Assembly: GCF_001194135.2 (NCBI RefSeq)
Contig: NC_068983.1
Coordinates: forward strand, 17,807,643 to 17,871,642
Source of the DNA: Octopus bimaculoides
Taxonomy: Eukaryota
Reading direction: 5' to 3'
Length of the DNA stretch: 64,000 nt
Position numbers and translations under genes: made by a program. Below the pieces are notes generated by a model. The model was not told the DNA's origin and did not search any database. It worked only from the letters and a program-made list of their open reading frames with translations. The first letter of the stretch is position 1. Each line of letters begins with the position of its first letter. Of the stretch, positions 36,615 to 50,559 are shown piece by piece.

Positions 36615-36680
36615 TTTTAGTTGTTGCTGTCGTTGTTGTTGCTGTCGTTGTTGTTGCTGTCATTGTTGTTGCTGTCGTTG

Positions 36681-36750
<70 letters not shown>
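36615..36750. repeat. (TTG/CTG) to (TTA)n compound microsatellite
   Basis: Direct reading. Confidence 0.92.
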
Positions 36751-36751
<1 letters not shown>

Positions 36752-36945
36752 GCTTTCTTTAATTCTTTGCGTTTGAATTCCAAAGATTAAGGGATTTTCT
36801 CAACGCTAGCGTTGCAAAACAAATAAATCAAATGAGGATTTTCTAGTATTTTCCACTAAGGTTTTTTTCATATCTCTCTCCAACTCTCTCTCCCCCATGT
36901 TTCTCTCACTCTCTCTTAATTTCTCTCCATATTACTTTCTCCATT

Positions 36946-36947
<2 letters not shown>

Positions 36948-37018
<71 letters not shown>
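36948..37018. repeat. (TC)n microsatellite
   Basis: Direct reading. Confidence 0.95.
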
Positions 37019-37022
<4 letters not shown>

Positions 37023-39045
37023 ATATATCTTTGTCTCTTGAATCTTCTACTTTCATCCTTTTTTTATTAATTTTCTCCCCTTTCTGAAGAAAATAAATGA
37101 AGGCATTTGGGGCGAAATCTTTCACATGTGTTCACTTAGTCATATCATGATAAAAACACATTTATTAGCATACTTCTTTGTGGATTAATATCAATATCAG
37201 TCCATGAAAAGCATTGGCTTGCTGATAATATTATATTCTTTGTGACTCAACTACTGTAGAACATCACGTTTCATGCATTTGGCAATAAGCTTTTTTGCTT
37301 TTTGTGGTTTTTTTCTCTGTGGTTATGCCATTTCTATTATACTTTCCGATGTCCGAAATATTGTAATCTATATACACATATATCTACTGAATATAGGATC
37401 ACGGACTGTAATAACGAACTCGAAGTTTAGTAATCAAGTTTTCTAGCCACCACGAAAGAATATGAAATGCAATAATAGATTTCTTCTGTTCTTTTTGCTG
37501 ACCTTAGTCATGGAACTGAGGTCAAACTGGGATACCCTTTTTTGAATGGTGAGTAGGTTTCGTCGATCATATCGATCCGAGGACTTTGCTTAGAACTTTG
37601 TATCGACCTTAGAGAAATATAAAAGACAATGTTGACTGAGCGTAACCGAGACGTATCGAATCATCACATGCTTTTATTGTCGATACATCGATTCCACGCC
37701 GACACACACATACATACACTGTAACACACACGGAATGTTTGTTAGGAAGAAATTGGTATCTCTGAAAACTTCGACATTGCTGCCATTATTCTAAACATAT
37801 CATGTTACATATTGGTGAAGGTTGGAAATAAGCATACGCATCACACCGTTTGATATTTCTATCCTTCGTCCAATTAAAATAAAAATATCCCACCCCAAAA
37901 TTACAAAGACCAAAAATGAAAACAGTATGAAAATTGTGAAAGGACTAACGAAGACTGACCGGTAATCGAGGATCATGGGGTCAAATAAACCTACACGTAT
38001 CCAACAAACACGTATGTCTCTAAACACAGTATGAGAAAAAAACAATAAAGTAAAAAAGAAAAGAAAAGTGTAGACCTGTAAGAACTTGCGTTTAAAAGAC
38101 TTCTCAAGCAGTTGCAGTGGAATTATGTCGGTGAGAATGTCGTATTTATGCAACGAAAATTTTGACACGTCATGAAATGAAATAAAATTCAAAAAGTATT
38201 TGACAATATTGTGTGTCAGTAAATGCCTTCTAAACAATGTAGTAGCTTTAGTTTTAACACACGGTCTCAGACCAAGTACAACACTGACATTTTGAAAACT
38301 TCATCTAGGAAAATTTCTCTGAAGAATGCTGTTAAATATCTAAATAAAAATAACAAATTACACAACAACTTCACACTATAAAACACTGCATCTTACACAA
38401 AAACAACTTTGACTGAGAAAATTCACGCGGCATCCGAGAAACAAAACCCGCAGAAAAGACAGGTCTCCAATCTCAAGCATATCTTAATAATGTAACTGAC
38501 AGCAAGTCTATTGAACGAGCTGACTATTAGAAATCATTTAAAAGAAGATTTCTTTGAAGTTAAAAGTACAGAATTACTAGACACTTCAATTGTTGTAAAT
38601 GTGTAAAGAAGGCCCTCAGATTATCGTCTGCAAGCAATTGTGAAAGGTTTATCAATGATGAAAAATGACAGAACTTCCTTATGGCAATGTTTTGTTTGAA
38701 CAATCCTACTTTACGTTTGCTACATTCTTTACGTCTAAAAGGTTAAAATTGTGTCCTTAGACTTGCAAAATCTGATATTCATTTTACTAAAAATATCAGC
38801 TTGATAAGCCACATCTCCACGAATGAAATTCAATGAAATTTGCTAGTTAGTCATCATGGTTTTTAAAGAAACATTCAATAGCAGTGTCGTAAATCTGGAA
38901 ACATTTTGACAGCCATCGAACTTCAGTATGAAGTGTAAATAACCTAAGATGACAACCGATCAGGCTTTAATTTATTAATTGAGTATTTCTGTCAGAAACG
39001 CGTTGAATTTCAGTAACTATTTCTGATGTTAGTACAGCAGTGATT

Positions 39046-39260
39046 AAGGTGGTGGACTGGCAAAATCGTAAGGATGCTAAAGAAAATACGTTGCAATATT
39101 TAGGGTACAGTTCTTTACGCTCTGTGTTCGAATCCCACCGAGATTAGCGTTGCTTTTCATTCCCCATAGGTCAATAAAACAGAGTGCCACAGATTGATGA
39201 TACCGGCTAGCCTCCTCAAATCAAAATTATAGGCTTTCTTCCAAAATTAGAGACAATTAT
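39046..39260 (+). mobile_element. diverged SINE family A
   Basis: GGTGGTGGACTGGCAAAATCG head, GTGTTCGAATCCC B-box, TTTCATTCCCCATAGGTCAATAA. Confidence 0.65.
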
Positions 39261-40699
39261 ATTATATGAATATTTACAAAAACTCATTGCATTATGCCCC
39301 TCGTAAAACTACAGGCGTAATTCTGCTTTAAGCCATATAACCCCTCTTAATATTTTGGAATTTTCAGAAAATTTTTATGAATTTGTATTTTACATACGGA
39401 AATTTGCACGACTAAGAAAATAATTAAAAAAAAAATTTTTTCGGAATTTAAAAAAAAATTAAGCTTTTGAATTTTTGTTAAAATCACATTTTAAAATACG
39501 GAAATTCCGAAGTTTTGGCTTAAATTCCAGCAATGTACCAATAAATGTGTTGATAAGAAGAAAGATATTGAAAAACGTCAATACGCCAGACTAACAAACA
39601 GACGTGGAGGGTATGAGGTGGTCGTGAGTTGTGCTAAAAATAACAGCTAAATAACCCTTAAATTACACACCAAAGAAATATGTTTGATTTTTGTATAATC
39701 GTATGAATTCTCATGTGCAGAAGACAAATTCGCAAAAATTTCCTGAAAATTCTCCAAAATACCAAAATAAGTTAGGAGAGATTTTATGGCGTGCTGAAAG
39801 AAGAATTTCGACCAAATATAAATCTACACGCATACAATACTTCTATGCTTCTAAAAGCTATTTTATACAATTGAACATATTCACGTATAGCCATATTCTT
39901 CAATAGGTAAAATCTGGCGCCTAAAATGAAATTATCTGGGTGATATAGTTTGTAGTATTTATTCAGTATGGTGTACCGGTGCCCATTAGAAGACAGAGCA
40001 CATAAACACTCCGAAGTTTGTTCTTCGAGATTCCGATGAAAGTTCTTTTTTCTCTTTCTAAACGCACGCAAGTTCACAAGTTTCAACTGCCATTTTAGAG
40101 TACGCACACAAGTATGTTTTCGTTATATATGTATATATCGTTGCCTTAGTATCAAATGGGTTTGCTGGACATGTCAACATGTTGAGATAATTGGAATACG
40201 AAAAATGAGTTATAATAATCTTCCTCCCATTGCATGTTGGAATTCTCTCGATAACCTGGCATGTGCTCATAGGCCACGTATGCATAATTAACACACCAAA
40301 AATATTTTATTTATGTATGTCATGTAAACATTGCGCAATTTATAAAATAACTCAAACCAATTAACCAGTTATCATTAAATTGATTATGAAACCAGAATCA
40401 AATAGGGCTAACTGGATGGTTCATTAACAAAACCTCAATACTGAACAACAAACTACTTTGGACGAACTATTAATATCATTACCACAAATTATTGAACTGC
40501 CATCTAACTTTTAATTCATTTTCATACTACTGTCACTACAATTAATTGCATTAAAAGATTTGAATAACATTAGAATGATTACGTCATATGCTACAGCTAA
40601 GCTAAAATCAAATGACTAGTTACAATATTTGACTGCAAATTAAAGCAAGAATAATTAGAGGACTATTTGGTAATAGCAATGTTTTATTTTGCTATCTCC

Positions 40700-42250
40700 C
40701 TCATTTGGCCAGTGCTTTTGTAACAAGAGAGCTTGTGAAAGTGTAATCATCTCCATCCATATGCTTATGCTATGAGTTCAAATCTTTGCTTTCTCCTTGG
40801 TGACAGTGGCGCAGCATTGCAAGTTTTTTTGGTGAGGGTGCTGTTAGTGGCTTGACGTTCCCATTTCTCAATGACACGTTCTTTAATACATTGATAACTG
40901 ATTTTTCAGTTTCTAGGGTTAACGATATTCTAATTGTTAAGCTATAAAGCTTAGCAGCTTCATATGTGATCCTAACATTAAAATATCCCACTCCAGTATA
41001 ATTTCCGCTATCACTGCAAGTTTTGTAATCTTAAAAATCCACGCTCAGACATTAAATGTACATATATTGCAATATCCTTCAGATGTTTTTCAATGCAGGA
41101 ATGTAAATTGTCAACGTCCTGTGTATTATTCATGTGAGCTGGGTGCTGTTCTTTAAGAAACGTTGAAAGGCATAAGACAAAATTTTGATGCGATTCTGTG
41201 CTGTACAAGAATCAGACTAAAGAATTAGTGGCTTTGAAGATCTACTTAATAATACGGATAGCAACAATGGTTAAATCAATTGGAAGTCTACCTGCAGTAG
41301 ACTCTATCCAAGTTACATTATATCCTCTAGTAGTTTTCTCAAACCTAGCTGTGGGATTACAAGTGTTGAGTTTTTTCTTGTAATAAGCAGAGCCAATAAT
41401 TTTGGTACGAGGGGGCGAAAATGCATTCTCTAAATCAAACCTGATAAGTAGAACTGACGAATCATTGTTATTCATAGGAGTGAATAACAAGTATAGGAGT
41501 AGATGACAAATAATGAAGTGCCGATTGCCAAGCTTCAGAATGTGTCTATGTTGTATATGCAGCTAGTTGATGTGACTGAATTGCAGTATGTGTAGATGGT
41601 CCAGGTGTAGAGGTCAGAAGAGGCATTGTTAGACAATTTGTTGTTGAATTGATAGCTTGATCATTCAATGGTTCATCACAGTTACCTGTAGTCGTAACAC
41701 ATAAATCCAATTCTTTGCTTTCAATAGATTCCGGGTGCTCATTCTCACTAGAAATAAATTATTCAAATTATTTCACATATTGAAAGAAGAATTTTAAAAA
41801 CATATTCTTTACAAAATGTGATATTATAAAAATACAGTGCCATATATTTTATGTTGCTTATTAGTATCATAAGACTAAAGCACTCAATGTGGACACACAA
41901 ATATCTATAAAATAAGTTTGTCTCGTTGTACTTGTAGCTTCTTCGATTTAAATTTGATATTGGAATGATAGCCATGGAAAGAATATTCAAGTAATACATA
42001 CATCAATTAAATTATGATGCTTTGACTTTACAGATAAATATCAAGGCATTATAGTGTTAATACTTTACCTGAGATTAGTAAAATCTTCAATAATCTGCTG
42101 AGAGACAAAGAGTAGCATTCTTGAACTTCCCTTCATTTTGATAATGACATAAACACTTGAAATGGTTGATTGCTGATAAGTTGAAGCCAGTGTGCCTGTC
42201 TTAGTTCAAAGTGCATGTTTTGAACTGCAATTAGCCTGTTTTATTTATGA
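40700..42250 (-). mobile_element. decayed Sola-like DDE transposase
   Basis: LIRFDLENAFSPPRTKIIGSAYYKKKLNTCN, GYNVTWIESTAGR, DSCTAQNR, QDVDNLHSCIEKHLK follow the motif order recalled for Sola transposases. Confidence 0.6.
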
Positions 42251-42387
42251 CATAATTAATTAATTAAGTATGATAACACAAAACTAATGGCAGCACAGAG
42301 TTTTAGGAAGGTCATAGATCACTTGAATATAACAAAATGCAATTCTGCCATGATGACAAGGCAACCGATTTTGGTATGAAAACAACG

Positions 42388-42420
<33 letters not shown>

Positions 42421-42900
42421 NNNNNNNNNNTATATATGCATATACATATATATGAAGAGATGGAGAGAGTAAGCATTAGCTTACACTCTTCATTACTTTG
42501 ACACTGTCTGTATAGGTGCACAAGTGTGTGTCACATCAAATGTCAAATTATCGCAGAAGAACATGAAAGGAATTATTTTGCTGAAGAAGATAACGTACCG
42601 TCCGGTCTGGTAATCGAAATCACATGGGCTCGTAAATCCAGTCACATTCTCTCAAAATGGGCACGTAAATACAAGTGCTTTCTCTCCAAGTGCATTCTCA
42701 ACCTGCTGTTGGCGTTAAGTACAGACACATTAAATACTTGCTTAAGCACATCTCACATACCTATATGTCGATTCACACATTCGTTTGTGTGTATGTCTGC
42801 ATGTGCGTGCGTGTTTGTGTGTGTGCGTGTAGTCAGAGAGAGAGAAACAGAGAGATTGATAGATTGGCATGGATACTTACACGTAAGAATCAATGACACA

Positions 42901-42930
<30 letters not shown>

Positions 42931-42931
<1 letters not shown>

Positions 42932-43153
42932 GACGGGGTGATGAAAAGTTACTGGCTTTGGGTAGAAGAAAATACAGGAGAGTCAGTTAATTATAATATT
43001 ATTCAACATATTCGCTTCTGAAATTCACACACTTATTGCAGCGGTCCTTCATTTCTTCATTTGTGTAAGCTCTGTAAAAAAACTCAGAAAGTTGGGCATC
43101 AAAGCAGGTCGTTTGCGATACCCTTAAAGCCAGGAACATTTTACACACCATCG
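42931..43153. mobile_element. mariner-type MITE with imperfect TIRs in TA context
   Basis: GACGGGGTGATGAAAAGTTACTGGCTTT versus reverse complement of AAAGCCAGGAACATTTTACACACCATCG. Confidence 0.65.
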
Positions 43154-43349
43154 TATAATGCTTCCATGAAACTAGAACAGATGCAGCATTGTTAAGTAAT
43201 CAGTATCATATAATATTGTTAAGCAATCATTATTGGGCGTCTCTTGAAAGTCACCTTATAAATAATTATATTAAAAATACTACAGGCCTTAATAAGTTTA
43301 AGCCTATGAATTAGTTTTAATGTTATATACTAATCATAACTATTTCAGC

Positions 43350-43540
43350 TTCTGTACTGATGTTACACATCTTCTACAAACCTATACTTTTTGACAGTAA
43401 TTCTTTTAACGGAATCTTGTTTTGCTTTACATCTGTCTGCATTGTAATTAAGTATTTTCACCTGAAGATAATCTGCTGTGAATCTTTTAAGTCTACATTG
43501 TCAGACGTGTCTTAATCATCTGACAACAGGCAAACAACTA
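43350..43540 (-). repeat. dispersed repeat copy (with 48270-48690, 49150-49580 and 52900-53400 on +); probable 3' end of an old LINE
   Basis: Shared GTCTGACAATG..TAATTACAATG(C/T)AGACAGATGTAAA..AAGATTCCGTTAA blocks. Confidence 0.7.
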
Positions 43541-44135
43541 ATGACATCAGACACAATATATCTCTGCTGTCCTCAATTGAATCAAAGGAAAGTTCGACAT
43601 TCTTGTTTCCAAAATATCTGGGCAATAGTAAAAAAAAGACGCGTTAACAAAGATATGTATAGATTATGAGACACTTTCAATGTGAGCATATAAGCAATTA
43701 TTTTGAGATTTATATGTCTTACACGGGAACTATACAACATATGCATATATATTCGCATTCCTTTATTCGTTTCAATCATTGAACCTCAGCCACGCTGGGG
43801 AACCACCTAAAGGGATTTAGTCGAACGACCCGACCTCAGTACTTAGTTTTGAAGTTTTGTACTTATTATTTTGGGTCACTTCTGCTGATATGCTAAGTTA
43901 CGGGGACATAAAAAACAATCGCTGGCATCCAACGTGCGTAGGGACGTACACAAAAAACAATACATACATACATGTGTGCTCATATGTATATGCAATGAAA
44001 TTCCACACAGTTTCCACCTACTAACCTCATTCGCAAAACATTGATCTGATCGCCGCTATAATACTTGTTCATGGTGTTCGAAGTGAAACTGAATCTAATG
44101 TTGTAAAGATTCTTAACAACATAGCCAGGATTGTG

Positions 44136-44176
<41 letters not shown>

Positions 44177-44204
44177 TNNNNNNNNNNCAAAAAAAAAGAG
44201 AATC

Positions 44205-46410
44205 ACAAATGTCACTAAATGCGACTAGGGTGTTAGGAAACACCTACATTACTAGAACTAAGAGCTAAACCGTTCTAATACTGTAGTTAATGCACATGGA
44301 TGAAAACACATACACTAACAGAGACCATAATCGTCCGAAAAGTGCCGGTCAAGAATTCTTAATATTGACGCGTCAGTTTCGGCCATTACCGTTGCCTCAT
44401 CAGTTAAGACAGCCTGACTTCTGTTCTTTCCGGACTCGCTTCGCCATTAGCATTTATGCATTCGTCATCCAAATAATTGTATGATTTAGCGATTCGCTTA
44501 TGTGTAAATATAAAATTAATACAAACAGTAGTTTGCAATGTTACGCCAAAAACGAGATACAAATGTCACTAATTGCGACTAGGTTGTTAAGGAAATGCCT
44601 ACATTGCTAGAACTAAGAGCCCTGGTTATTGTTCCCAGGTCTCTTCTGGCCCGGAGTGGTAGCATCTATAATGGTTCCAGCTATGAACCAGCTATGAGTG
44701 TTTGGTAAACTGTATGGGAGAATTCTGATTGTAAGAGTGAGGAACCAGACAGAATATACTAGGGTAGGTACAGTGCTGTTTTAGGAGTGGAGGGGATGTG
44801 CAGATTAGATATTTGTAGTAAGGCAGACGTGGGAGAAGTTTTTAGAAAAAGGGAGAGATGCATATTGGGCCTGTATGAACCCAGAGAAGGCATAATACCG
44901 TATGGATAGGGATGCAATCTAATAAGTGTTGCGGTTGTATGGAGTAGATGGTAGATTGTTGAGAGCTGTACAGACTTTCTATAGAGAAACGAGGGCGACA
45001 GTTACGGTGGGTGGTGAAGAAAGTGAGTGGTTTGATGTGAAGGTTGGGTTACGACAAGGTTGTGTGATGTCTCCGTGGTTGTTTAATCTATTTATGAATG
45101 GTGTTGTGAGAGAGGTGAATGCTGGAACCTTTGGTAGGGGAAACCAAATGGTGGGAGAAAATGAAGAGAAATGGCAGGTGAGTTAATTGTTTGTTGACGA
45201 TACAGCACTGGTGGCGAATTCGGGAGAGCAATTGAGAAGATTGGTGGTAGAGTTTGGAAGAGTGCGTGAGAGGAGGAAATTGGGAGTGAATGTAGCTAAG
45301 AGTAAGGTGGTGAGATGTTCGAGAGATGGAATGGCTGGTAGGATGTATGTGCGTATAAATGGTGAGATTTTTAGAGGAGGTGAGTGTTTTTAAGCACCTG
45401 GGAGCACATGTAACGGCGGATGGGGGTGACGGCTGAGGAAGTGGGATATAGAGTTAGGGTTAGGGAGGGGAGTAAGATACTTGAAGTTGTGAAAAGTTGA
45501 GTATGAAATCGAAATGAGGTGTGTATGAGGGCATGATTGTGCTAACAATGTTATATGGTGCAGAGACGTGGGGTTTGAGAGAGGCGGAAAAGAGGTGACT
45601 AGGTGTTGCTGAGATGAAATGTTTGAGTGCTATGATTGGTGTGACACGGATAAACAGGATGAGGAATGAAGAGGTGCGACGGCGAGCAGCAATAAGAGAA
45701 AATCTATGTACCAGAATGGATTGACGAATGTTGAGGTGGTTCGGCCTAATGGAGTAGATGGATTGGATGAGGAACGGATGGTAAGGAGGGTGATGAAGGC
45801 GGAAGTGATATGCAGCAGAAACAGTGGCAGACCTCGGTTTGTGTGGATGAATGGAGTGTGGAAAGCTTTGGTGGTTAGAGGTGTTGGAGTTAGAGAGGCA
45901 GGAAAGTTTATTAATGATAGGAAATCTTGGAGAGTGTTTGTGGACAGACGAGTGAATTGATGTTGCTCAAAGGGGGTACGGAACCAGCATGATGCGGTGG
46001 GGGTGATCCAGCATATGCAGTCTGGCCCCGCTGCTGATATCTAGAGATGCTTTCTATGCCGTGACCCAAGCATCAGACGGAGCTTGCAACTATGAGCTGG
46101 GAAAGCAATTGAATGCCTTGTCTGTGTCTTTTGGCTACCCCCTACTATGGAGAATAGGTTTTGGTAAATAAAAATAACACAAATGTCACTAAATGTGTAT
46201 AGGATGATAGGAAACACCTACATTGTTAGAAATAAGAGCTAAACCACTCTAAAGCTGTAGTTAACACGCATGAATGAAAACATATACCCTAACAGGGCCA
46301 TAATCGTCCGCAAAGCACCGATCGGGAATTCTTAATAATGACGCGTCAATTTCGGCAATTTCTATTACCTCATCAGTTAAAACAGCTCGACTTCGGCTCT
46401 TTATGGTTTC
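44205..46410 (+). repeat. about 354-bp tandem unit (starts 44205, 44559, 46179) interrupted by an RTE fragment
   Basis: ACAAATGTCACTAA..CCTACATT..AAGAGC three times; units 1 and 3 align for about 230 bp. Confidence 0.8.
44621..46175 (+). mobile_element. 5'-truncated RTE-clade LINE (RT to 3' end)
   Basis: VLRLYGVDGRLLRAV, GLRQGCVMSPWLFNLFM, LFVDDTALVA, KLGVNVAKSKV, MLYGAETWGL, GRPRFVWMNGV. Confidence 0.9.
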
Positions 46411-46417
46411 GTCACAA

Positions 46418-46575
<158 letters not shown>

Positions 46576-46759
46576 AGGTGAAACTTATAGAAAAACAAAA
46601 GACGAAGACAGGTGTATGAACAACAAGAATGTATATTAGTTCCATATTCGGGGAATGTGTATGTATAAAATGGATACATATATGTGTTTGTATGTGTGTG
46701 TGTATGTATGTGTGTGTGGGTGCGTGTGTGCGTGTGTGCGCGTATATATATATATGTAC

Positions 46760-46798
<39 letters not shown>

Positions 46799-46880
46799 GA
46801 TATACAGGGCAGGGAATCGTCAATTAGTAATAAAATTAATAATTAACAATTTTGCCGGGTAGCCCAGGAGNNNNNNNNNN

Positions 46881-46934
<54 letters not shown>

Positions 46935-47280
46935 CTTGTATGTATATATGATATATATATATATATGTATATATATATATTTATATATAAGTAGCTTAGT
47001 GTACACATTTTAAAGACTAACAGATTCTTGCCCTGAGGACATGAGAAATCACGAGAAGAAAACGGAAAAAAGTTCATTCAAAAACTGTAGGTGTGAATAA
47101 AAACACAAAAGAAAAAGAAAGGAAGGAAGAAGAGTTACATCCCTTTTGGCCATAAAAGCTATAATTGAACTAGTTGTGGAATAATACGTCGGAGCGAGTT
47201 CCAAAGTTTGCGAGACAGCTGCTCAATCTAGAGAGAGTATTGACCTCTAGTTCGTCAAAAGAAATTTGCTCGTGTACGCT

Positions 47281-47700
47281 TTACTCTACTCTTTTATTTG
47301 TTTCAGTCATTTGACTGCGTCCATGCTGGAGCACCGCTTTTAGTCGAGCAAATTGACCCCCAAGACTTATTCTTTGTAAGCCTAGTACTTATTTTATCGG
47401 TCTCTTGTGCCGAAACGTTAAGTGACGGGGACATGAACACACCAGCACCGGTTGTCAAGCAAAGCTAGGGGGACAAACACAGACACACAAACATACACAC
47501 ACACACACTTACATATATATATATATACATATATACGACGGGCTTCTTTCAGTTTCCGTCTACGAAATCCATTCACAAGGCTTTGGTCGGCCTTAGGCTA
47601 TAGTAGAAGACACTTGCCCAAGAATGCCATGCAGTGGGACTGAACCCGGAACCATGTGGTTGGTAAGCAATCTACTTACCAGACAGCCATTCCTGCGCCT
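47281..47700 (-). mobile_element. full-length SINE family B
   Basis: Head AGGCGCAGGAATGGCTG, GGGTTCAGTCCC B-box, CTTGGGCAAGTGTCTTC core, internal microsatellite, GACTGAAACAA tail. Confidence 0.9.
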
Positions 47701-47809
47701 ATGTTTGCACTTGTCGAATGTATCTTTTAGATTTTACAATAGTTTAAAATCTAATCTCAATATTGAATCTTTCCATTATTTAATATAAACTAGCGTAAAA
47801 CATAATTCT

Positions 47810-48015
47810 TTCTACTCGAGGTACAAGGCCTGAAATTTTTGGGAGGTGGCTAGTCAATGACATTGGCCTCAGAACTCAACCGGTGCATATTTTATCGGTC
47901 ACGATTGGATGAAACGTAAACTCAATGTCGGCGGATTTTAAAGTGTGAACGTAGAGGGAGAAGAAAGGCTGCTATGCATTTTATCAGGCGTGTTGATGTA
48001 TTTGTAAGTTTTGTG
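47810..48015 (-). mobile_element. diverged SINE family A
   Basis: Reverse complement matches GATAAAATATGCACCGG..GTCATTGACTAGCCACCTCCC..CAGGCCTTGTACC. Confidence 0.65.
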
Positions 48016-48047
48016 CTTTAACTTGCTTTAAAATAGTAACCTCAATT

Positions 48048-48102
<55 letters not shown>

Positions 48103-50559
48103 ATTTCAGGTAACTTGTAAATGAAGAAAGAAAAGAGAAAAAAACATGTCGAACACTACAGGAAAGTTCTAAGATAAATCTGTCTACAAACTGACTTCGT
48201 ATTTTTATCTGCTGTACTAAAAATATACAAAGTAAAATGAAATAGAATGAAATGAATGGGTTATAATGTCTCTTGGATACATTAGATTATTTAGAAAGTA
48301 GTCTGACAATGTGGAACTAAAAGAATCAAACCAGATTATACTGGAGCTAAGTAAGTAATTACAGTATAGACAGATGTAAATATAAATCAAATTTGGTTAA
48401 GGGAATTAGTGACACTAAGGTTTTTTTTCTTTTTTCAGAGGATACGTATCAGTAGAACATAAAGAGGTTGTAGTGGTTGGTTCAAAAAATTCCCATTAAG
48501 ATATAGACTTAAATTTAGAATTACAGCGAGAAAAACGCAGGAATGAATATAGCATATTGATGTTAGAAAATTAATAGAGTAATGGATACTTTTTTTACAA
48601 GGAAACTTTGGCGAGATGTCCAACGGTGATTTGTTAATAAGATCGAACAGAATATGCTGCGTAATGATATATATTTCTTTGTTTTATGGAGAGGGTTTTG
48701 TATGTGGATGTTAGGTGTAGATACTTTCCGTGTGTTCAATCTCAACACTATTCTTTACACTACTCTCTTTCTCATTCTCTGCATGTCTTTACACACAATA
48801 CTTATATTTACATGCACGCACGCACATATATATGCTTCCCTCTATCTGTATGTATGTATGTATGTAAGTTTGTATCCATCTAGTCGGCTATTTATGTATC
48901 TGTATATATAAATATATGTACATATTAACATTAGCATATGTAATTATAATTTGACATACATGCATATATATTTATATACATATATATATTAAACTATAAT
49001 TATATACGTACATTATATAGCCTTTTAGTTAAATTTATATGCCTAGAATAAACAAAAAACCACAACAGTGCAATGTAAAACAACTATATACAACCTAATT
49101 TCATGCTGTTGTCTGATACATCTTCACGATATATAAGAAAGATGACTTTTGGATGTAAAATCGTTAAGAAATTGGTGTCAGAATGCTTATCTAAAAGAAG
49201 GAAATACCAGATTATCTTATGGCTAAAGAATTAATTAGAATGTAAATGTAAACAACGTTTGGTTAAGCGAATTAGGGACGTTGTTAGGAGATACATATCA
49301 TTAGCAGGGCTGGAAAGGCGGTAGTAATTACTATAAAAATGGTACTTAGATGTAGTCTTAAACTCAGTAGTGCAGAGAATAAAATATATATCACACTGTT
49401 GAAGAAAATTACAAAATTAATGAACGTATTTGCGAGGGAGACTTAGGAGAGACGTCCAATGGCGATTCATTAGCAATGTCACTCAGAAAAAGCCGGAAGG
49501 TGACATTTTTCTTTCGTTTATTGAAGACAATATAGAAGTATAGATAATTACGTATCTCTTTCTCTCTCTCGTTCTGTCTCTCTCTCCCTCAATCTCTCTT
49601 CAGACACCTACATGTATATATATGTGTGTGTGTGTGTGTTTGTGTAGTATGTATTCACACAGGCTCACACACAAACACACGCACATACACACAATCGTTT
49701 CTTCATTTTTCATACATACGCATTATAAACGGATTGTCAACATTTCTAACACGAACTCATAGACGTCTACAAAGCCCTGTTTTGCTTTGAAACTTTCGAG
49801 AAAAGTATGGCACAAAATGGTATCAAGTAGCATACCAACAAACCGCTCTTTTGCATTCATCCAAAGTGGAATTTCAGCTCATCAGTATATGAACATATAC
49901 TCCTCCATTTTTATGGTAATGTTGAATCACTATAGATATGTATCTATAGATATGTATCAATCATACCTAACAACTCTAGCTTTTGAATGTGTTATGTAAC
50001 TTGAAAGAGTGCAAGTGAGATTATCTCTGGAAACTTTACCTTGCAGAACTGCAGCAGTCGGCGGTCTTTAGGGGTTACGGTTCAAAATTTGATAGGTAAT
50101 TGAATTTACGCAGCTTGATATTATACAAGTTGCCGTATGAAAAAGTAGCCCGGGTTTCGTAGCTCAATGTAAAAATAGTAATAAATTTACATGTGCTGTA
50201 CACATATGAAATGATATGGTTTCAACTTTAGACTTTTCAACACCTGTTGGAATGACCTCCTTATGTGAGATTGCTACGTCAGTTTACATGCTGACAAATT
50301 TGGTCTTCGAGTAATCCTTTCGCGAATGTCCTGAATAACTTCCGACGTTCGAACTGTATCGTCTCCTTGTTTTGGGCCGTTGTACGCGGATCCTGTAGTG
50401 CGTAACTTTATCAGTACTTATATCGTTCTCTTTACCGGTAAATCTAAAACTTGACTTCAAACATTTCACGCGTTTGCTTAACAAAATCCTCTCCCGCATA
50501 TGCTCTCACAATCTCTGCTCTTTCAGTTATTGAGTGAGTCATCTTGACGAAACGGCTAG

